DNA of 64,000 nucleotides from Nanobdellota archaeon (GTDB lineage Archaea; Nanobdellota; Nanobdellia; Woesearchaeales; JAHIVG01): NCBI GenBank assembly GCA_043806015.1, contig JAZDHH010000008.1, positions 37,695 to 101,694 of the forward strand, read 5' to 3'. Shown piece by piece: positions 60,795 to 64,000 of this stretch (position 1 is its first letter; each line of letters starts with the position of its first letter). The notes under the pieces were generated by a model. It saw only the letters and a program-made list of their open reading frames with translations, ran no database searches and was not told where the DNA came from. The position numbers and the translations under genes were made by a program.

Positions 60795-62829
60795 TCCTGC
60801 TCGCGTGCTCCTCCTTCTGCACCCGGATGACATGGTCCACGAAGCTCTCGATCTTGCTCTCGTGCGACACCACGATGACCTGCCCCAAGTTTAACCGCTC
60901 GAACACGTCCTTCAGCCGGTCGAGCTGCTCCGCGGAGAAGCCGTCGGTCGGCTCGTCGAGGATGATCAGGTCTTTCGTCTCGATGTGCCCAATCAGGTCA
61001 TTGATGACCTTGTTCAGAGCGAGGCGATACGCGAGCGCGGCGCTGGTCTGCTCCCCTCCCGAGAGATAGCTGATCTCGGTCTCGAAGCCGTTCTGCGTGA
61101 CAATGGGAGTGAAGCGATCATCAATACGAACAGACAGGCCCTCATCCTCCATCAGCAGGGAGAACCATTCGGAGAACAGCGCGTTGAACTCCTGCTGGAT
61201 GCGGGCCATGACGTGCTGCTCGATGACGCTCATGAGCGAGGTGAACGGCTCGGAGAGCCAGCCGGCCAATGCCTGTGACTCCTGAGCAAGCTTCTTGGAT
61301 TCCTTCTGGAGACGGATCTCCTCAGCAAACCGAGTTTGCTGCTCCTTCAGTGCCATCTCCTCGCTCTGCAATCCGGAGAGGAGTCCCATCAGCTCCCGCT
61401 CCTGCTGCCGGAGCAGCTTCAGCTCCTTGGCGAGGTCTGTCTCCTGCTGCTCGACGTCCTTCGCGGACAGCAAGGCGGCTGAAAGCTCCTGCTGCACGCC
61501 GTTCATGGCGCCCGCCCTTGCCTTGAGCTCCTCCAGCAGCTTTTTCTTGGCAGCAATCTGCGCAAGATAGTTTTCATTCTGCCTCGCCTTGAGCAGCAGG
61601 ATGTCCTGCTCCTGGGTCTTCCTCTGCAGGAGGTCAAGCGCTGCTTGCGCGTCCCTCTGCCCAGAAGTGAGCTGTTCCTGCTCCTGGGCAAGGCCTGCCT
61701 TCTGTTGCAGGAGCTGTTGCAGGGCAGCCTGCTCCCTTCCGATGACCTGCTCCTTGTGCGATGAGGGGACGTGCTGCAGGCACGTGGGGCAATTGTCAAG
61801 CCGCTCCAAGGAGGAGATGGTGGACTGGCACTGCCGCTGCCTGGCCATGGCCTCGCCTTGCCGCATGCGGTTCTGGCGCTCCCGCTCCTGGAGCGTGCGG
61901 AGCGCGTCGCGCTGGGCGGCAATGCTGCCTTTCAGGCCAGGATCCTCTTGCACGACGACCGGAATGATGAGCTTCTCCAGCTGGGCGACATCCTGCTGGA
62001 TCTGCGTGCGCTGGCGGGCGATGCCCTGCAGCTCGGTCACGGCCCGGTCGAACCTGAGCCTTTTCTCACGCAGGTCGGCGAGCTGCCCCTGCAAGGCTGT
62101 TTGCCGCTCCTCCGCCTTGGCAAGCAGGTTCGCAATTTGTTCGCGATCAGCTTTCTTATGGGCGATCTTAGCCGCAGTCTCGACGAGCTTCCTCTCACCG
62201 CGCACCTGTTCTGCGATATTGGCTTCGAGGGTCAAGGCTCGGCCTTCATGCATCCTCACCTGCTCGCGGAGATGCCCGACCATGACCTGGGCATTTTCCC
62301 TTATGCGCTTGTACTTGTCGATCTGGAAGACGCGGCGCAGGATATCCAGCCTCGTCTCGCTGCTCTCGCTGAGGATGCGCTTCATCTCCTCCTGCGGCGT
62401 GTACACGGTGTAGCGGTAGATGAGGTCCTTGCCCTTCTCGAGGAGCATCTCGGGGTAGCCGAGCAGCTCGAGGATCCAGGCGCGGAGCTCGACCGGCGTC
62501 CCTTCCCGCTTGAGGTCGCCGAGGAGGAGATAGCCTGCTTCCTGCTTGACCCCGTCCTTGGTGCGCTTCAGCGTGCGCTTGATGATCAGCTTTTTCTCCT
62601 TGACCGTGAGGCAGAGCTCGACGTTGCCCTCGCGCTTGCCGTTCCGCAGCAGAGCCTCCCCCGAAAGCTCGCCTTTCTTGATGCCGAACAGCGCGAACTC
62701 GATGGCCAGCAGCACGGTGCTCTTGCCCGAGCCGATGTCGCCGGCGAGCAGCACGCTGCCTTCCGGAAAGGTGATGGTCTCGGAGAGATAGCTGCGTATG
62801 TTCCTGAGGGCTATGGAATGAAGACGCAT
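60787..62829 (-). CDS. rad50: Rad50/SbcC-type SMC-like ATPase (short form, 680 aa)
   Basis: Walker A is LLAGDIGSGKST. A long coiled coil carries the zinc hook CPTC (LERLDNCPTCLQH). The signature motif is LSGGE and Walker B is LIILDEPTDG. Confidence 0.9.
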   Translation of the reverse strand: MRLHSIALRNIRSYLSETITFPEGSVLLAGDIGSGKSTVLLAIEFALFGIKKGELSGEALLRNGKREGNVELCLTVKEKKLIIKRTLKRTKDGVKQEAGYLLLGDLKREGTPVELRAWILELLGYPEMLLEKGKDLIYRYTVYTPQEEMKRILSESSETRLDILRRVFQIDKYKRIRENAQVMVGHLREQVRMHEGRALTLEANIAEQVRGERKLVETAAKIAHKKADREQIANLLAKAEERQTALQGQLADLREKRLRFDRAVTELQGIARQRTQIQQDVAQLEKLIIPVVVQEDPGLKGSIAAQRDALRTLQERERQNRMRQGEAMARQRQCQSTISSLERLDNCPTCLQHVPSSHKEQVIGREQAALQQLLQQKAGLAQEQEQLTSGQRDAQAALDLLQRKTQEQDILLLKARQNENYLAQIAAKKKLLEELKARAGAMNGVQQELSAALLSAKDVEQQETDLAKELKLLRQQERELMGLLSGLQSEEMALKEQQTRFAEEIRLQKESKKLAQESQALAGWLSEPFTSLMSVIEQHVMARIQQEFNALFSEWFSLLMEDEGLSVRIDDRFTPIVTQNGFETEISYLSGGEQTSAALAYRLALNKVINDLIGHIETKDLIILDEPTDGFSAEQLDRLKDVFERLNLGQVIVVSHESKIESFVDHVIRVQKEEHASRIT

Positions 62830-62872
62830 GGCCCGGGGGAAGACAGGCCGGCTCTTAAGTTTTTTGCTAGAT

Positions 62873-63760
62873 TCAGCCTTGAGGGATGATGTCCTCGACG
62901 ATGCCGATGTCGTTCAGCACGAAGAGATGCACGCCCGGTGCGCCGAAGCGCTTGAGCTTCCTGATCATCTCGCGCGCATAGGAGATGCACTCTTGGCGGG
63001 AAGCCGCCTCGTCCTTAAGGACTGACTTCCATTCCTCGGCAACAGGGATATTGAAGAACTGCTCGACCGAAAGCGCCTGTTTCAAGCTCGTGAGCGGCCG
63101 GATGCCGGCGATGACCGGCAGCGTGATGCCCGCTTTCCGCAACGCAGAGACATAGCGCCGGTAGTCCTCGGCGCTGAAGATCATCTGGGTGATGATGGCA
63201 TGCGCCCCCGCATCAGCTTTGCGTCGCATGTGCTCGACTTCCTGGTCGATGGGATCCTCAGGATGGCCCGCGACCAGGATGCAGAAGTCTGTCTTGGCGC
63301 CTGAGCGCGGCCCATCATCAGCACCCGACCTGGGCAAGTAATTCCCTTGGTTCATGCTGCTGATCTGCTCGACGAGCTGATAGGCGTAGCGGTAGTCGCC
63401 GTCCCACTGTTCCATGGTCTGCCCTGCCGGGGGGTCGCCGCGCAGAGCCAGGATGTTCTTGATGTTGAAATAGTGCAGGTCGGAGAGCTCGTTCTCGATC
63501 TCGAACTTGGTGTGCTCGCGGCAGGTGAAATGCGCGATGGCGTTGACGCCGAAGCGCTGCTGGAGCGTGAAGGAAAGCGGCAGGGTCCCGCCCCGCAGGC
63601 TGCCGCCAGCCCCTTTCGTCACGCTGGCGAAATCAACGAGATGCTTGATACGTTCTACGTGCGCGAAGATGCTGTCCGGCAGCACGCCGTTTCGCGGCGG
63701 CACAAGCTCTATGGAGACCGTGAACTGCTTTTCCTTGAGGATGTCGGTGATTCTTCGCAT
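62873..63760 (-). CDS. metF: Methylenetetrahydrofolate reductase
   Basis: 295 aa starting MRRITDILKEKQFTVSIELVPPRNG, with ...ITQMIFS... and TIM-barrel MTHFR family features. Confidence 0.85.
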   Translation of the reverse strand: MRRITDILKEKQFTVSIELVPPRNGVLPDSIFAHVERIKHLVDFASVTKGAGGSLRGGTLPLSFTLQQRFGVNAIAHFTCREHTKFEIENELSDLHYFNIKNILALRGDPPAGQTMEQWDGDYRYAYQLVEQISSMNQGNYLPRSGADDGPRSGAKTDFCILVAGHPEDPIDQEVEHMRRKADAGAHAIITQMIFSAEDYRRYVSALRKAGITLPVIAGIRPLTSLKQALSVEQFFNIPVAEEWKSVLKDEAASRQECISYAREMIRKLKRFGAPGVHLFVLNDIGIVEDIIPQG

Positions 63761-63785
63761 GGATTCCCGTCGGCAGGCTTCTGTT

Positions 63786-64000
63786 TTAATGTTTTATCAG
63801 TTCATTGATCCGCTCGACAGCGGCGAGGGCGTCTTTCGCGTACGCCGCCTTGATCTGCGTGGCGAAGTCGTCGGTGATGACCGCTCCCCCGACGATGACC
63901 GGCACCCTGATGCCCGCAGCCCTGAGTCCGTCGACGACCTGCTCCATCTCGGCGACCGTGGTGGTCATGAGCGTGGAAAGCGCGACAAGGTCCGGCTTGT
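63786..64000 (-). CDS. Cobalamin (B12)-binding domain protein, C-terminal part; the gene continues beyond the window end
   Basis: The reading frame stays open to the window edge: ...KPDLVALSTLMTTTVAEMEQVVDGLRAAGIRVPVIVGGAVITDDFATQIKAAYAKDALAAV. This is the pattern of corrinoid-protein/MetH B12-binding domains. Confidence 0.7.
   Translation of the reverse strand, partial: KPDLVALSTLMTTTVAEMEQVVDGLRAAGIRVPVIVGGAVITDDFATQIKAAYAKDALAAVERINELIKH

Noticed and set aside
61589-62889. Plus-strand ORFs of 274 and 372 aa over rad50
   Set aside because: They are antisense to a gene with Walker A/B, zinc hook and signature motifs, and their composition is low complexity.

Overview
Archaeal chromosomal fragment with a GC background of about 58-60%. 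No rRNA gene or CRISPR array was seen.

Conserved core: the split-subunit RNA polymerase operon on the minus strand, in the order rpoH, rpoB'', rpoB', rpoA', rpoA'', L30e, NusA, S12, S7 (44.2-53.3 kb). The split B subunit and the rpoH and L30e context identify an archaeon. The truncated operon end, the giant adhesin-like proteins and the heavily interrupted tRNAs suggest an uncultivated, possibly DPANN-like lineage. That lineage call is inference.

Other content:
1. An N-glycosylation and lipid block at 0-6.3 kb. It holds a GT9 fragment, a DUF2304 protein, a GT2, an AglB oligosaccharyltransferase carrying a C-terminal FKBP domain, and a geranylgeranyl reductase.
2. A 5.46 kb low-GC cargo transposon at 6381-11843. 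It has 12-bp terminal inverted repeats and a 9-bp target duplication. Its cargo is a fused nuclease-methyltransferase R-M-like module with an ATGA-coupled single-TRD protein, zinc ribbons and a wHTH protein. An IS4/IS5-type DDE transposase sits at one end.
3. About 31 kb (11.9-43.3 kb) that is almost entirely secreted or surface proteins. These include a 1913-aa PKD protein, a 3342-aa beta-helix/cadherin-like/dockerin-like giant and a 1345-aa Ig-rich protein. All are extremely rich in N-X-S/T sequons.
4. A 1154-aa secreted protein whose low-GC C-terminal module is ATGA-coupled to a small low-GC ORF. This is the layout of a polymorphic toxin with its immunity gene.
5. Five tRNA genes (Trp, Lys, Asp, Tyr, Pro), all interrupted by introns. 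Four carry an intron at the same T-loop position (59/60) with a readable bulge-helix-bulge. The Trp and Pro T-loop introns (186 and 138 nt) are homologous structured RNAs showing compensatory changes.
6. Housekeeping and oddities: a CDP-alcohol phosphatidyltransferase, a DUF192 protein, a DUF4143 ATPase, a bacterial-type FabF-like ketosynthase, a second GT2, a short Rad50, MetF and a partial B12-binding protein.

The many long ORFs antisense to recognisable genes are GC-driven artefacts.
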